Source: Octopus vulgaris (lineage: Eukaryota). From it: 64,000 nucleotides of DNA. Each line of letters starts with the position of its first letter. The first letter of the stretch is position 1. The notes below the pieces were generated by a model, which was not told the DNA's origin, ran no database searches, and worked only from the letters and a program-made list of their open reading frames with translations. This document shows, piece after piece, positions 37,361-53,938 of this stretch. A program made the translations under genes and the position numbers. Location of the stretch: assembly GCA_951406725.2 (NCBI GenBank), contig OX597838.1, positions 30,690,001 to 30,754,000 of the forward strand, in the 5' to 3' direction.

Positions 37361-37929
37361 TATATGTATATATATATATATGTAGGGAAAGTTTACGAAA
37401 ACAAACAAATGACGAAGACAGGTGGTGTACAAAACAAACAGATGTATTAGTATAGCGCTCAGGAATAGAAAAAGTCTTTTATGTTTCGAGCCTACGCTCT
37501 TCTACAGAAAGGTACACAGAAAAAAACAAGGAGAAAAAAAAATGTGTGTAGTGGCTAACGATCTATCATGGCGTCATATATATATATATATATGACGGGC
37601 TTCTTTCAGTTTTTGTCTACCAAATCCACCCACAAGGCTTTGGTCGACCCGAGGCTATTAGTAGAAGACACTTTCCCAAGGTGCCATTCAGTGGGACTGA
37701 ACCCGGAACCATGTGGTTGGGAAGCAGGCTTCTTATCACACAGTCACAATATAGATAGGTATGTGTGCTTGCGCGTACACATATGTATATGTATGCATAT
37801 TTTATATATTATTGTTATATACCGCTGAGGCCAAGTTTCGCTTTCATCCTTTCAGGGTTGATAAATTATATAATACCAGCCAAAGAAATGAATAAAAGAA
37901 TAAAAGAATATATATATATATATATATGC

Positions 37930-37972
<43 letters not shown>

Positions 37973-38003
37973 CATACACATATACATGCATATATAAATA
38001 CAC

Positions 38004-38058
<55 letters not shown>

Positions 38059-38094
38059 CATATATATATGTATATATATACATATATATGTATA

Positions 38095-38135
<41 letters not shown>

Positions 38136-38308
38136 GTGTGTATATATATACATATATATATATATGCATGTGTGTGTGTGTGTATATACATACATATACA
38201 TACATATATATATGTATATATATATACATATATACATATGTATGTATATATATATGTGTGTGTATATGCATATACATACATACATACATACATACATACA
38301 TACATACA

Positions 38309-38391
<83 letters not shown>

Positions 38392-38511
38392 ATATTTCGG
38401 AATGGTCATATTGCCAGTTTAGCCAATAAAAACACACGCACTATATATTTGGTGTTATTTTGCTTCACACACGACTTCACATAAAAAATCTTGCACAACA
38501 AATATTTAAAC

Positions 38512-38566
<55 letters not shown>

Positions 38567-39373
38567 CATATATATATTTATATATATATATATTAGTAAA
38601 AAGTATGCATGTATGTATTAGCGACGGAAGCTGTATTAGTACTGAATAGAAATCGTTATATCTTCCTAAATGTGGATGAAGGCCGGTATATTGCGATATT
38701 CGCCATTAGAACGCGTCTCTTTGCTTGAAACCACAGAAAATTGTCCAGAACTGGTGGTAGAGCTGCTAAATTACTTGGCTGCAGCCTGTATGCGCCTCAT
38801 CATCAGCAGTTTCACCGGTGGTACTGGACATATTTTTGTCGGCTTCTGATATTTTTGTGCTTCTAAGCACTAAACGTCTATATGAGATGCTCCCTCGAAA
38901 CCAACACCTCAGTATTACAAAGTTCTTACAATACATTCACGTTAAAGAGGAATTATAAGAAAAACATAGAGGAACAGAAGGAATAAGAAAAATATTTACC
39001 AACCACCACCACCACCACCACCACCACAACTACAACAACCATCACCACCACTATTACAACCACCACAACGACAAATATCACCATCACAACTGCCACTACC
39101 ATCATCACCACCATCACCACCACCACCACCATCACCACAACCACTACCACCACCACTATTACAACCACCACCACCACCACCACCACCACCACTATTATAA
39201 CCACCACAACCACAAATATCACCATCACAACTGTCACTACGATCACACCCAACCACCACCACCACCTCCACCACTACCTCTACCACCCCACCCCCACCAC
39301 CACCACCACCTCCACCACTACCTCTACCACCACCACCACCACCATTACATTCTCCATCCCATCAATTCCCCAT

Positions 39374-39430
<57 letters not shown>

Positions 39431-39437
39431 CACTACC

Positions 39438-39483
<46 letters not shown>

Positions 39484-39497
39484 ATACCACTACCACC

Positions 39498-39576
<79 letters not shown>

Positions 39577-39755
39577 GGAGAATAATAGCAATAACAAGGA
39601 AGAAGCGAAAAAAGAAAGAGTGACCTCAGAATTATTTCTGTTCGGCAAATTATTGCAGTTTCCTGTCAATATGGGTGCAGATAATTTATGGTGTGCAGCG
39701 ACGGTGTGGAGGGTAGGGCTGCCAGATAAATAACAACGGGTGTGTCTTTTTATGC

Positions 39756-39803
<48 letters not shown>

Positions 39804-39856
39804 ATCTATCTATCTATCTTTCTATATATATATATATATGTATGTATGTATATATC

Positions 39857-39984
<128 letters not shown>

Positions 39985-40031
39985 ATATCTATTTCTATTT
40001 ATCTATCTATCAATCATCTATCTATCTATCA

Positions 40032-40091
<60 letters not shown>

Positions 40092-40171
40092 GTGTGAGTA
40101 TTGTGTATATGTATTCATGCGTATTAATGATGACAGCTATATATAGATATGTGTCTGTACAAATATGTTTA

Positions 40172-40208
<37 letters not shown>

Positions 40209-40215
40209 AACATAA

Positions 40216-40790
40216 ATGGGGTACGGGGAACTTGCCGTGAGGATTGGAATATGCAACGTTTCGGATTCAATCCTTCGTCTCACAGATTTATCAGTGTGTG
40301 GCAAGGGCTTGCACCACGGACCCCACTTCTCTGGGAAACGAAAGGAACAACGTTGCATATTTGATCTTGGCACTATGTCCCCAACAAGTATGAATGAACG
40401 TTTTTTTTTTCCTTTAATCCTTTCACCTCCCCTTAATTTCTTTTTACTCATTTTAATCCTCCTCCCACCCTCTCTTTGCAACATTCTCGTATTTACTTAC
40501 CTCTACCTCTCTCCACCACCCTTTTCCTCCTCCTTTCTGCATGCCGTATCCTATAACTTCTGTTTCACGTTAGCAGCCCCTGTTATTCTGCGTCTATTAT
40601 CAGTTGCAGCCAGTTTTTCAAAGTGAGGGGATGTAAACTCTGATCTTCTCTTGCTCTCTGTCCCCTGACGAAGGATTAACTCCGAAACGTTAGATATTCC
40701 ACTCCTCACGGTAAATACACTGAACCCTTTTCACTTTTTTCTATATTTTCTCAAGTCTTGCAGACGCAGAACTACTAGATTATTGCCTGA
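40216..40790 (+). mobile_element. Penelope-like element 3' fragment (GIY-YIG tail + pseudo-LTR)
   Basis: Peptide RKEQRCIFDLGTMSPTSMNERF fits the Penelope endonuclease C-terminus; hammerhead motif downstream. Confidence 0.7.
40655..40697 (+). ncRNA. Minimal type I hammerhead ribozyme motif
   Basis: CTGACGA-A-GGA TTAAC TCC-GAAACGTTA: core CUGANGA/GAAA, short stem II, palindromic AACGTT stem III; stem I weak. Confidence 0.6.
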
Positions 40791-40794
40791 CTAT

Positions 40795-40892
<98 letters not shown>

Positions 40893-41158
40893 TTGCTATC
40901 GTGCAAAAGTGTCGTAAGTGCAAAACGTCGCTTTTACAGAAAACGAAAAAATAATTTCACTATTCCACAGCAAAACTGGTGTACTACAATTTGACAATTT
41001 CTGATACCTTGGCATCTGAATCAGCTGGAGATACGATAGTTTGACTAAAAGAACCGGCTATTGTGAGCAAAAATGAATATTGAAAAAAGCGCGTTTGGCC
41101 AAATTTGAACATACGACAGTTTAACGTAACAGCAACGATATATATACATATGTGTATA

Positions 41159-41232
<74 letters not shown>

Positions 41233-41324
41233 AAAAAATACAAACTGGGACAAGAACGCAAAACATTTAGAAGACGATACAATTTGGCCAAATTTGGACA
41301 TACGACAGTTTAACGTAACAGCAA

Positions 41325-41426
<102 letters not shown>

Positions 41427-41606
41427 ATACAAACTGGGACAAGAACGCAAAACATTTAGAAGACGATACAAAAAACACGGATGGGACATTCGAAGCCTTC
41501 GAAGCCGTCAATCTTCAGTCAAGAACCGGATCAACCTCGAACTTTTGGCTGATTATATATATGTATGTATGTATGTATGTGTGTATATAATAACAATAAT
41601 AATAAC

Positions 41607-41684
<78 letters not shown>

Positions 41685-41830
41685 TTAGGAGTTCGGCAAA
41701 AGAAACAAACAGAATATGTACTAGGCTTAAGAAATAAGTCCTAAGGTCAATTTGTTCAACTAAAATCCCTTCAAAGCGATGTTCCAGCATGACCGCAGTC
41801 AAATAACTGAAACAAGAAAAAGAGTAAAAG

Positions 41831-41907
<77 letters not shown>

Positions 41908-42181
41908 AAGATTCTTGAGAGAATCGGGTACTTCAATGATATGCACCAGGTAGGGTTGAGCTAACCTGTGATCACCACCTTAAATTGAATAAATATTCAG
42001 TAAAATGTTCAGGTTATAAACACAGAGAAAACCACCCCTACGTGTGTTTAACGGCTATGGGCTGGTCCAATGCACAGGCTGTGTTGATCATAGGTTGTTT
42101 GGTATACACAAGGATGTCCAACATGTTCGGAACCCCTTTGATGTATCATATGCAAATAAATAACAAACCATGGATAAATGT

Positions 42182-42253
<72 letters not shown>

Positions 42254-42539
42254 CTTTTATTCTTTTACTTGTTTCAATCATTTGATTGTGGCCATACTGG
42301 AGCACCGCCATAAAAGAAAATTTGAAACCGACACACAGACAGAGTCAGTTTCCTTCAGTTTCCCTCCACCAAATCCACTCGCGATGAGGCATAGGCTATA
42401 GTACAAAGCACGCAGCGGGACTGAACCCGGAACCATGTGGTTGGAAAAAAAAATCTCTTACGACACACCCACGTGACGTGTTACTGTATCACTCCGTTTC
42501 TAACGCCATCGCATCCCATAATTCCATGTGAAAAGTTCA

Positions 42540-43003
42540 TTATATCGGAGTGGCACTTTATCAGACTGACATCTGAGTAGCATCAGATAAGCTCCACCGA
42601 ACTACAGCAGAATTGTCCGAAGTTTTCTGGATAAGACATTTCCACATCGCTGGATTGGAAGACATGGCTGGAAAGCAAGGCTTCCACGATCGCAGAGCCT
42701 CACACCATTCGATTTTTACATCTGGGGCTATGTCAAGCAACGTGTGTACAGTTCCTGTTCCAAGCATTGAGCATCCGAAAGACAGAGTCAGCGATGCTGT
42801 CCAATCACTTACACCCGATGTTCTTCGTTGTGTGAGGCAAGAACCGGAGTATCGATTAGATGTGTGCTGGGCAACAAATCGAAGCCACGTCGAACTACTG
42901 TGATAATCTGTACGTAGACTTTATTAGTTTGTCTCTTATTCAACGTGGACATCACATCGGAAAATAGGTTGGAAATCCGACCATGACTTTATGGACACAC
43001 ACT
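42540..43003 (+). mobile_element. Tc1/mariner transposase C-terminal relic with TIR
   Basis: WIGR...PRSQSLTPFDFYIWGYVKQRVY and PKDRVSDAVQSLTPDVLRCV...RLDVCWATNRSHVELL; end GACTTTATGGACACAC|TA. Confidence 0.75.
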
Positions 43004-43026
43004 ATATATATATATATGTATATGTA

Positions 43027-43105
<79 letters not shown>

Positions 43106-43267
43106 ACATACATACGTATATATATATATATAGATATAGATAGATAGATAGATAGATAGATATAGATATAGATATAGTGTGTGCGTTGTATGTGTGTATA
43201 CCTATATATATATATATATACATATATATACACATATACGTACATACATACAAACATACATGCATAC

Positions 43268-43304
<37 letters not shown>

Positions 43305-43455
43305 CATAAATATATATATATGTGTGTGTGTGTGTTTGTAAATATATATATATATATATATGTATGGAGTATGTATGTCTGTATGCATATGTATATGTAC
43401 ATATACGTATGTATACATATCTATCTATAAATGTATATATATATATATATGTATG

Positions 43456-43509
<54 letters not shown>

Positions 43510-43510
<1 letters not shown>

Positions 43511-43770
43511 AGTTAATCCAAACATGAGAGCACAAAGAGAAAACACAACAACGCGAACAACGACGTGGAACAAGTATAGTGTTATTGGACGCTCAGGAAA
43601 GGAAAGAAAGAAGGAGGATTCAACGTTTCGAGCGGAGATCTTCGTCAGAAACACAGGAAAAGGAAATATCCAAGGAAGGGAAGACGGAGAAAAAAAAATC
43701 GCCAACGATACACACGCGGTCACATATTGAACGCGTGCGGTATATAAAGTTAATCCAAACATGAAAACAC
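43510..43770 (-). mobile_element. Penelope-type pLTR fragment with hammerhead core at 43621-43648
   Basis: Minus strand CTGACGA-A-GATC TCC GCTC-GAAACGTTG; terminal direct repeat GTTAATCCAAACATGA; flanked by (TA)n. Confidence 0.5.
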
Positions 43771-43978
43771 AAATATATATATATATATATATATATGGCT
43801 TTTAGAGAAATCCAAGACGAACGGGGTTCGAATGTTCTTTATAGAGGTAAGACAAATTTTTCATGTTTGTTGCACTCACACGTCTTTGCCAGTATATACG
43901 CAGTGAAGCTTTATTATAGCGTCGTAATTGTACCGACTGCTATTTCCAGTGAATATTGGTGCCTTGTTGTACCACTAA

Positions 43979-44031
<53 letters not shown>

Positions 44032-44203
44032 AAATTCTCAGTTCGTCTTGGATTTCTCAAGAAGCCACTCTTGACGTAGTGGCCGAAAAATTTGGAGTTT
44101 AAGTTCAATTTCATTTGAGCACTAATACGAGTTTTCTATACTGATCATATCCATCTAGCTCTCACGTATCCTCTCTGTCTCTGTCTGTCTCCCTCTCTCT
44201 CTA

Positions 44204-44287
<84 letters not shown>

Positions 44288-44314
44288 GATTGATCGATCG
44301 ATCGATCGATCTAG

Positions 44315-44434
<120 letters not shown>

Positions 44435-45126
44435 AGATATAGATATATAAATGTTGTCATATCATATATTTGTCATTATACTGTGTTATCTTTTCTTATT
44501 TCAGAATAAGAATGCTTGTGGTTCCTTATATGAAATATGTTAACAATGACACTAACTTAACTATTATTTTGGCGATCGATGCAGATGGCGTCAATAAGGA
44601 GTTAACTTCAGTAATTTATTAAATATGCTAAACACTAATTTAAACATCGGCCACAATCAACATGTTAACTAACTACCATACAAGTATGTGTGTGTGTGTG
44701 TGTGTGTATGTGTGTGTGTGTGTGTCTATGCATAGAGAGGTAGCAAGAGAGAGGGGGAGACAGAGAGAAACACGCGGATATATATATATATATATATATA
44801 ATTTTTTTTTTTTTTGACTTCCACGAAATTTAATCAAAACCCATTCAAAAGATCAGGAACCGATTTTGTCTGGAAGAAAAGAAAAGTTATTATACAGTTT
44901 TGGTGATTCAGAGAATATTCCAATCATATTGGTATTTCCGAGATTGTCTTCATCAATACAAATTTTCCGAGTTCCTGCGATGAGCCATGTTCCTCCTACT
45001 AATTGAAAGCTAGCCTCGATAATGGAGGATTTTAAATTAAATTTTACGAACACACGTCGAGATTTCTGCTTCTCTTGTGTAAACGATGGCTGTTCGCTGA
45101 TATACATATATATACACATATGAATA

Positions 45127-45187
<61 letters not shown>

Positions 45188-45359
45188 GTGTGTGTGTGTG
45201 TGTGTATGGAAGCTTAATACATTGGTAAAATTTAAACAAAGGTGTTTAAATAAAGCCAGGCCTCTTTATATATGCTGTAGTATGATACATGAATGTGTGT
45301 GTGTATATATATGTATATATATTTATACATATATTTATATGTATATTAAATGTATATAG

Positions 45360-45461
<102 letters not shown>

Positions 45462-45548
45462 TATATCTATCTGTGTGTTTATCGATATGTGGACGTATCT
45501 GTATATCGATATGTGGACGTAAACACAGAAATAAATACACAAGTTTGA

Positions 45549-45600
<52 letters not shown>

Positions 45601-46198
45601 GTATCTATGTATGTATGTATTTATTTATATATATAATTTGTATATAATTTGTATATGTGCGTGCGTGTGTGTTTGTGTGTATGTGGGTGGGGTTGCGTGC
45701 AGTGGACATGAATATATGTATATAGTATGTATATGTACATACGTAAACAAATGCGCGAGCGCACTCTCTCCTATACTCAAACACACATGAATTTCTATCA
45801 TGTAATGTATATACACCAACATAACCGTAGCCATGTATAATATATATGTGTAGTTATTAATATAATATGATATAACGCAACATGAAATATGTAGGCACAG
45901 GCGTGGTTGTGTGGTAAGAAGCTTACTTCCCAACTACGTGGTTCCGGGTTCAGACCCACAACGCGGCATCCTGAGTATGTCATCTGCTATATCCTCGTGC
46001 CGATCAATCTTTGTTAGTGGATTTGTAGACGGAAACTGAAAGAAGCTCGTCGTATACAAACACACACACACACACACATATATATGCATATATATATATA
46101 TATATATATATAATTGATGTAGGATAAAATTTTTTCGGGAAAAACATTTTATCAATGGCCAGCATATCAAAAAATACCTTTAAAGGTTAAATTCATAA

Positions 46199-46612
46199 AT
46201 AATTTACAAGATAAGGACAGAAGGAAAATTCTAATGCCAAATATGCCGAAACAAAAAATTGTCGATAACCATTATAATTTATGCGTCTCGAAACAAACAG
46301 ATAGAAATCTCTAAAAAATTCGTTATTACCGTATTGGTCCAATTTCGGGGTTAATTCATAAGAATATTTACCCCTCTTCAGCAGCAAATACGCGAGATAT
46401 AAGTGAGATGGGTGTGAGTAAGTATCTCACTTATATCTCGCGTATTTGCCGCTGAAGAGGGGGAAATTTTCTTATGAATTAACCCCGAAATTGGACCAAT
46501 ACGGTAATAACGAATTTTTAGAGATTTCTATCTGTTTGTTTCGAGACGCATAAATTATAATGGTTATCGACAATTTTTTGTTTCGGCATATTTGGCATTA
46601 GAATTATCTTGT

Positions 46613-46619
<7 letters not shown>
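46199..46619. repeat. Long near-perfect inverted repeat (foldback element), ~190-200 bp arms, 14-nt spacer
   Basis: 46227-46409 is the reverse complement of 46424-46605. Confidence 0.9.
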
Positions 46620-46706
<87 letters not shown>

Positions 46707-47094
46707 AATGTAGGCATGGCTGTGTGGTAAGAAGTTTACTTCCACCCATTGCTTGGTACCTTAGAAAAATTGTCTTCTACTACACCCTTGGGCACATCAA
46801 AGCCTTCTGGGTGGGTCTGAGAGACGGAAACTGACGGAAGCCCGTTATATACAATGTTGGCCCAAAGTCATTTGACAGTAAATCAAAACCATTTAATTCC
46901 AGCTGAATGAATTTAATAAAAGCACCTAAATATGAAACATCATGAAAATTGTCCAAACTGAAGCCCTTCTTGAGTGACACATTTTCCATTCGAGTAAATA
47001 CAGAATTACAGATGGTTTTTATGGAATTTTGATTTACTGTCGAGTGACCTTTGGTCAATTCTATATATATATATATATATATACTTTTTTTTAT

Positions 47095-47440
47095 GGCCGG
47101 ATTCCAACCCGGGTCGCATCAAAAAAGTCGGCGCCACACTTCCCACACTTCTCGGTCCAATATCATTGTCTCGAGATCCTAGATACGTTCTAGTCCAGTG
47201 TCTGCAACCAAGTTTTTGATGTAAGTGTGGCGACGTTTTTCTCTTCTTCTATCACAATGAAGTGGGTTCCACAAGACTCATTAGGATGCTACCAGCCCCA
47301 GGGTGGCGCACGGAGGACCAGATCGTCGCAGACGTCTTTGCCTGATCTTCTTAAGACTCGGTTGGTTTCCTTAAAATCATTTGTTTATCATATGTTGCTG
47401 CCATTTCACATTTAGATCCATTCCTAGTATCCTTGGGTAG
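47095..47440 (-). mobile_element. RTE-like LINE 3' fragment
   Basis: Frameshifted LWNPLHCDRRR...TYIKNLVADTGL...DLETMILDREVW. Confidence 0.6.
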
Positions 47441-47690
47441 TGGTCATTTAACTCTTTGATATATGTGTGCGTATATGAGCATGTGTGTGTGTGTGTGTGT
47501 TTGTCAGTTTGACTACCGGTGTTAATGTGCTTACGTCCCTGTAACATAAGCGGTTCGGCAAAAGATACCGATAGAACAAGTACGAGGTATAATAAAATAA
47601 GTATTGATATCGATTCATTCGACTAGAAATTCTTCAAGATGATGCCCCACCATGGCCGCCGCAGTCTAACGACTGGAATAGATATAGGGG

Positions 47691-47721
<31 letters not shown>

Positions 47722-48204
47722 TGTATGTATGTATGTATGTATGTATGTATGTATGTATGTATGTATGTATAGAAGTGTGTGTCCATCAATTATGGTGAGC
47801 TCTATGTGGTCTTCTGATTATTAGCTGCAGGAATACTCTACATTACATTTCTATATTGGATTGTCAAATGGCCTGATAGCCGAACCCGTTAGAGGAGCTT
47901 TCTGTGGTAGCCACAAAATTCTTTCAATCCATATATAATATTCCATTAATCTCTCTCTGCCCCTCTCTCCTCCTCTTCCTCCTCCTCCTGCTCCTCCTCT
48001 CTCTCTCTCCCTCTCTCTCTCCCTCTCTCTGTCTCTCTCTCTCTCTCTGTCTCTCTCTCTTGGACTATTCTCTTTCTTCTTTCCGATGAAGAGCAATGCT
48101 CGAAACGTCAAACACTCACATTTTACCGAGCGTTAAGCTAATTATTCGTTTATTTGAACAGTTTGTTTATTTGAATTGACTATATACATATATGTATATG
48201 TATA

Positions 48205-48265
<61 letters not shown>

Positions 48266-48520
48266 TAATAAATAAAACATATGCATATATACATACATAT
48301 ATGTACTACCGACCTCTACATGTATATATACATGCATATATGGGTACAGGACACAAAAAAACGTCGAACACAATGAGAAACGAAAATATAAACACAAAAC
48401 CAAGGAAATGGACATTTTTCTTAAACAACGAAAAAATAGAGTACAAGACATACAATACAAGGAAAATTCCCCTTCTTCAGTCGCCTTTGTTTCATCTACT
48501 CTTCGTTACGAAGGTGAAGG

Positions 48521-48625
<105 letters not shown>

Positions 48626-48658
48626 TATACATGCATATATACATACATATATATATAT

Positions 48659-48751
<93 letters not shown>

Positions 48752-48797
48752 AATAAAATATATGCATATATATAAACATATATACAGGACAATAAGC

Positions 48798-48858
<61 letters not shown>

Positions 48859-48916
48859 CCATGCAAGTATTAGTCAATGTCTGTGTGTGTGCGCGCGTGT
48901 GTGTGTGTGTGTATAT

Positions 48917-48982
<66 letters not shown>

Positions 48983-49512
48983 ACGGGGGTAGACAGGGAG
49001 ACGGAGAGATTGAGGAAGATTGGTAATGGAGTTCTACCTGACAGAACTAACAAACAATCCTCTTAAACCAGTTGAAGCAGAGAGACAAATTTCTTGCAAG
49101 CAACGCCTTACTATCTTCTCAATGTCCGTACGTAGATGCGAGACATTAAACTGTCGGACGCGTCAGACATAGGAGCTAACCCTTCCTCATATCGCACCCC
49201 TCTGCTTCTTGTTACTTTGATACTATACGCCGGGGTATCGCCGGGTTCTATTGCCATTAGGTTCACACGCACACATACACATATACAAACACGTACATAC
49301 ATGCACACATATACATTCATACATACAGACATACATAATATACATACATACATGCATACGTACACACATACACACATACACAAACACACTTCCCTTCCTA
49401 ATGCCAACAACTCAACAGAGTGTGCCGGGTGCTTTTATGTGGTACCCCAGGTCACATAACAACATTACATCACAACTACTTTATCTCAACCGGTCCAGCT
49501 CTCTTTAATACC

Positions 49513-49742
49513 CATTTCTTTACTACCCACAAGGGGCTAAACACAGAGGGGACAAACACGAAGAGACAAACGGATTAAGCCGATTATATCGACCCCAGTG
49601 CGTAATTGGTACTTATTTCATCGACCCCGAAAGGATGAAAGGCAAAGTCAACCTCGGCGGAATTTGAACCCAGAACGTAGCGGCAGACGAGATACCGCAA
49701 AGCATTTCGCCCGGCGTGCTAACGTTTCTGTCAGCTTGCTCA
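49513..49742 (-). mobile_element. Full SINE monomer (14330 family)
   Basis: Head-to-tail match; TSD CTTTAATACC at 49503-49512 and 49743-49752. Confidence 0.85.
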
Positions 49743-49752
49743 CTTTAATACC

Positions 49753-49985
49753 ATACCAAAATACGTCAAAATGGAAACGGATCCCATAAAATTCAAAAGT
49801 TCACTGGACAGATTTCTTCCAAAAATCCCGGACCAACCTCCTACACCCGAATATGTTTCCAACAATAATAACTCTTTGCTAGAGTGGGCCATGGTGCCCC
49901 ATATATGACTAAAAGACTTCACAAAGTGGTGCTATTAAGTTAGGCATGGCCTGGGCCTATACTGGCCGAAACATATCAAAGTTAT
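49753..49985 (+). mobile_element. CR1-like LINE 3' end (second copy 54018-54420, minus)
   Basis: FKSSLDRFLPKIPDQPPTPEY...NSLL and GPALFNIVPKLIK; shared 3' UTR GGTGCTATTAAGTTAG(G/A)CATGGCC. Confidence 0.65.
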
Positions 49986-50383
49986 CAAATTTATATACAT
50001 ACATATATACATACATATTTACATAAAAATATGTACATGCATACAAATATGTACATGCATACAAAAAATACCCTTTGGATGCTGAAATTCCAATGAAGAA
50101 GCCTTGGATCTAGGTTCGAAACCGGCTCTTTCTCTGTTGGCAAGAAATCTTGAAATAAAACTGAATAATAACAGACATACTCACACATACATATACCTAC
50201 ATAATACACACATGCATACACACATACATACATACACACCCATATACATACATATACATACATATACAAACATACATACAAACATACACACATACATACA
50301 AACTTACATACATATATATATACAAACATACATATATACATACATATATATACATACATACATATATATACATACATACAGGC

Positions 50384-50414
<31 letters not shown>

Positions 50415-50498
50415 CATACATACATACAAATATATACATACATACATATATATATACATACAAACATACATACATACATATATATATACATACATACA

Positions 50499-50532
<34 letters not shown>

Positions 50533-50541
50533 CATACATAC

Positions 50542-50574
<33 letters not shown>

Positions 50575-50764
50575 CATATATATATACATACACATATATA
50601 TATACATACATACATACATACATATATACATACACACTCACATACATATATATATATACATACATACATATATATATATACATATATATACATACATACA
50701 TATATATATATACATATATATACATACATACATATATATACACATACAAACATACATACATACA

Positions 50765-50814
<50 letters not shown>

Positions 50815-51044
50815 CATACCTGTACCTTTCCGTTATCTTTCATCTTTCACTTGTTTCAATCAATGGAGTGTGGCCCTGCTGGGGCACTGGCTTGTAAGGT
50901 TCAGCGGAACATATCAACTCGGTATTTAGTTTTTAACGTCTGGCTATATTCTATCGTTCTCATTTGCCGTACCACTAAGTTCGTACACCAACCAACACCG
51001 GTTGTCAAGCGGTGGTTGGGTCTAACACGACACAAATACATAGA

Positions 51045-51126
<82 letters not shown>

Positions 51127-51282
51127 TATACATATATATATTCTTTTATAGACCAAATCGACCCCAGGACTTATTCTTTGTAAGCCTAGTACTTATTCTA
51201 TCGATCTCTTTTGCCGAACTGCTAGGTTACGTAAGCACACCAACATAGGTTGTCAAGCGATGATGGGGGGAGAAACTATATA

Positions 51283-51331
<49 letters not shown>

Positions 51332-51488
51332 GTGTGTACGACGGGCTTCTTTCAGTTTCCGTCTACCAAATCCCCTCACAAGGCTTTGGTCGGCCCGGGG
51401 CTATAGTAGAAGACACTTGCCCAAGGTGCCATGCAGTGGGACAGAACCCAGAACCATGTGGTTGGTAAGCAAGCTACTCGCCACACAC

Positions 51489-51551
<63 letters not shown>

Positions 51552-51769
51552 CACACACACATACATATGTATATATTTTATATATTTATACACACACATA
51601 TGTATATACATATATATATATATATATCACTACACACACATATAGATATATACACACACAATTATATTTGTGTGTGTGTGTTTATGACAGACTATACTAG
51701 AAAACACTTGCCCAAGGTACCACGCAGTGGGACCGAACCTAAGGCTGGGAAGCAAGGTTCTTAACCACA

Positions 51770-51821
<52 letters not shown>

Positions 51822-52118
51822 TACACGCACACACGCCTGGGTGGTTAAGGATGCGCTCATATATTTACATATACGCAATCATACATAACATACATTTGTG
51901 TATTAAGCATTCTGCAATTATATGTGTGTGTGTGTTTGTGTGTGCGTGTGCATGTGCACGCGCGCGCGTGTGTGTTGTGTATGTGTGTCACACTGACCCA
52001 GTCCCACGAGAGCCGTGTCAATGACCAGGTCGCAGTTGTGCGTCGAAACATTTGACACGTCATCAAATACATTGAAATTTCTGGGGAATTTAACAGCTCC
52101 GTGTCCTGCAGATTGGTG

Positions 52119-52203
<85 letters not shown>

Positions 52204-52654
52204 ATTATATATATATATATATAAATCCAACAGATGTTGCTTAATAGTCAGTGAGTTCCTGGAAGATGTGAAAGAATAAGAGAAAAAGAGAGAAAGAGAG
52301 AGAGAGAGGGGGGGGGGAGAGGGAGGAATGAAAGCAAAAGAGTGAGAGTGGCAGTGAATGTGATGGTGAGAGAGTGATGGTGAGAACGAGTCCTGAATCC
52401 AGTCTCCCGTAATTAGTGTTATTAAATCATTAACAACCACTTTTAATAAATAGAATTACATGGGGGTGGGAGGTGGGGGAAATTGAAAGTATCATATAAA
52501 TAAAAATTCCGTCACCATTCCTGTTGATAGCATCCTCACCACCACCAACAACCAGCACCACTTCCACCACCACCAGCACCACCACTACCACTACCAGCAG
52601 CACCACCACCACCACCAGTACCACTAGGAGCAACACCAGTACCACCCACACCAG

Positions 52655-52710
<56 letters not shown>

Positions 52711-52806
52711 TGTATGATGTAAAAACATTCTATCTATATATCTATCTCACTAATTCTCTCCTTATATGTATGTGTGTGTATATATATATATTTGTGTGTG
52801 TGTATT

Positions 52807-52862
<56 letters not shown>

Positions 52863-53263
52863 CATACATACATAACAAGAGACAAAAAAATGGCCTTAAA
52901 AAATCTAAGCAGACATCAAAACTCCTTTTTAAACGAATTTTGTGAACTCTATCAAACAATCAGACATCATACAAGTGGAAAACACATGAAGGGTAACCCC
53001 TCATATATATGAGTAGATCTAAACATCATCTTTGACGAATTTCGAGAAATTCAGAGTATTAGACAGCAAAAGTACAGATAGAGGAACTCGCACCTTCAAT
53101 TGTAGAATTCCCCTTACAAAGCTAATAAGGAGTTCTGTTGTATTAACATACTTAAATATTGAAAATATTGAAATTAATATTTCCGACAATACATGTTAAC
53201 GCAACGTTTTCATGGCAATCGAAATTCCAAATTTAAATTCAAAGTGAATATGTATGTGCACAT

Positions 53264-53298
<35 letters not shown>

Positions 53299-53306
53299 CA
53301 TACATA

Positions 53307-53385
<79 letters not shown>

Positions 53386-53774
53386 TCTTTTACTTGTTTC
53401 AGTCATTTGACTGCGGGCATGCTGGAGCACCGCCTTTAGTCAAGCAAATCGACCCCGGGACTTATTCTTTGTAAGCCCAGTATTTATTCTATCGGTCTCT
53501 TTTGCCGAACCGCTAAGTGACGGGGACGTAAACACACCAGCATCGGTTGTCAAGTAATGCTAGGGGGACAAACACAGGCACACAAACACATACATATATA
53601 TATACATATATACGACAGGCTTCTTTCAGTTTCCGTCTACCAAATCCACTCACAAGGCATTGGTCGGCCCGGGGCTATAGCAGAAGACACTTGCCCAAGA
53701 TTCCACGCAGTGGGATTGAACCCGGAACCATGTGGTTGGTTAGCAAGCTACTTACCACACAGCCACTCCTGCGC

Positions 53775-53938
<164 letters not shown>

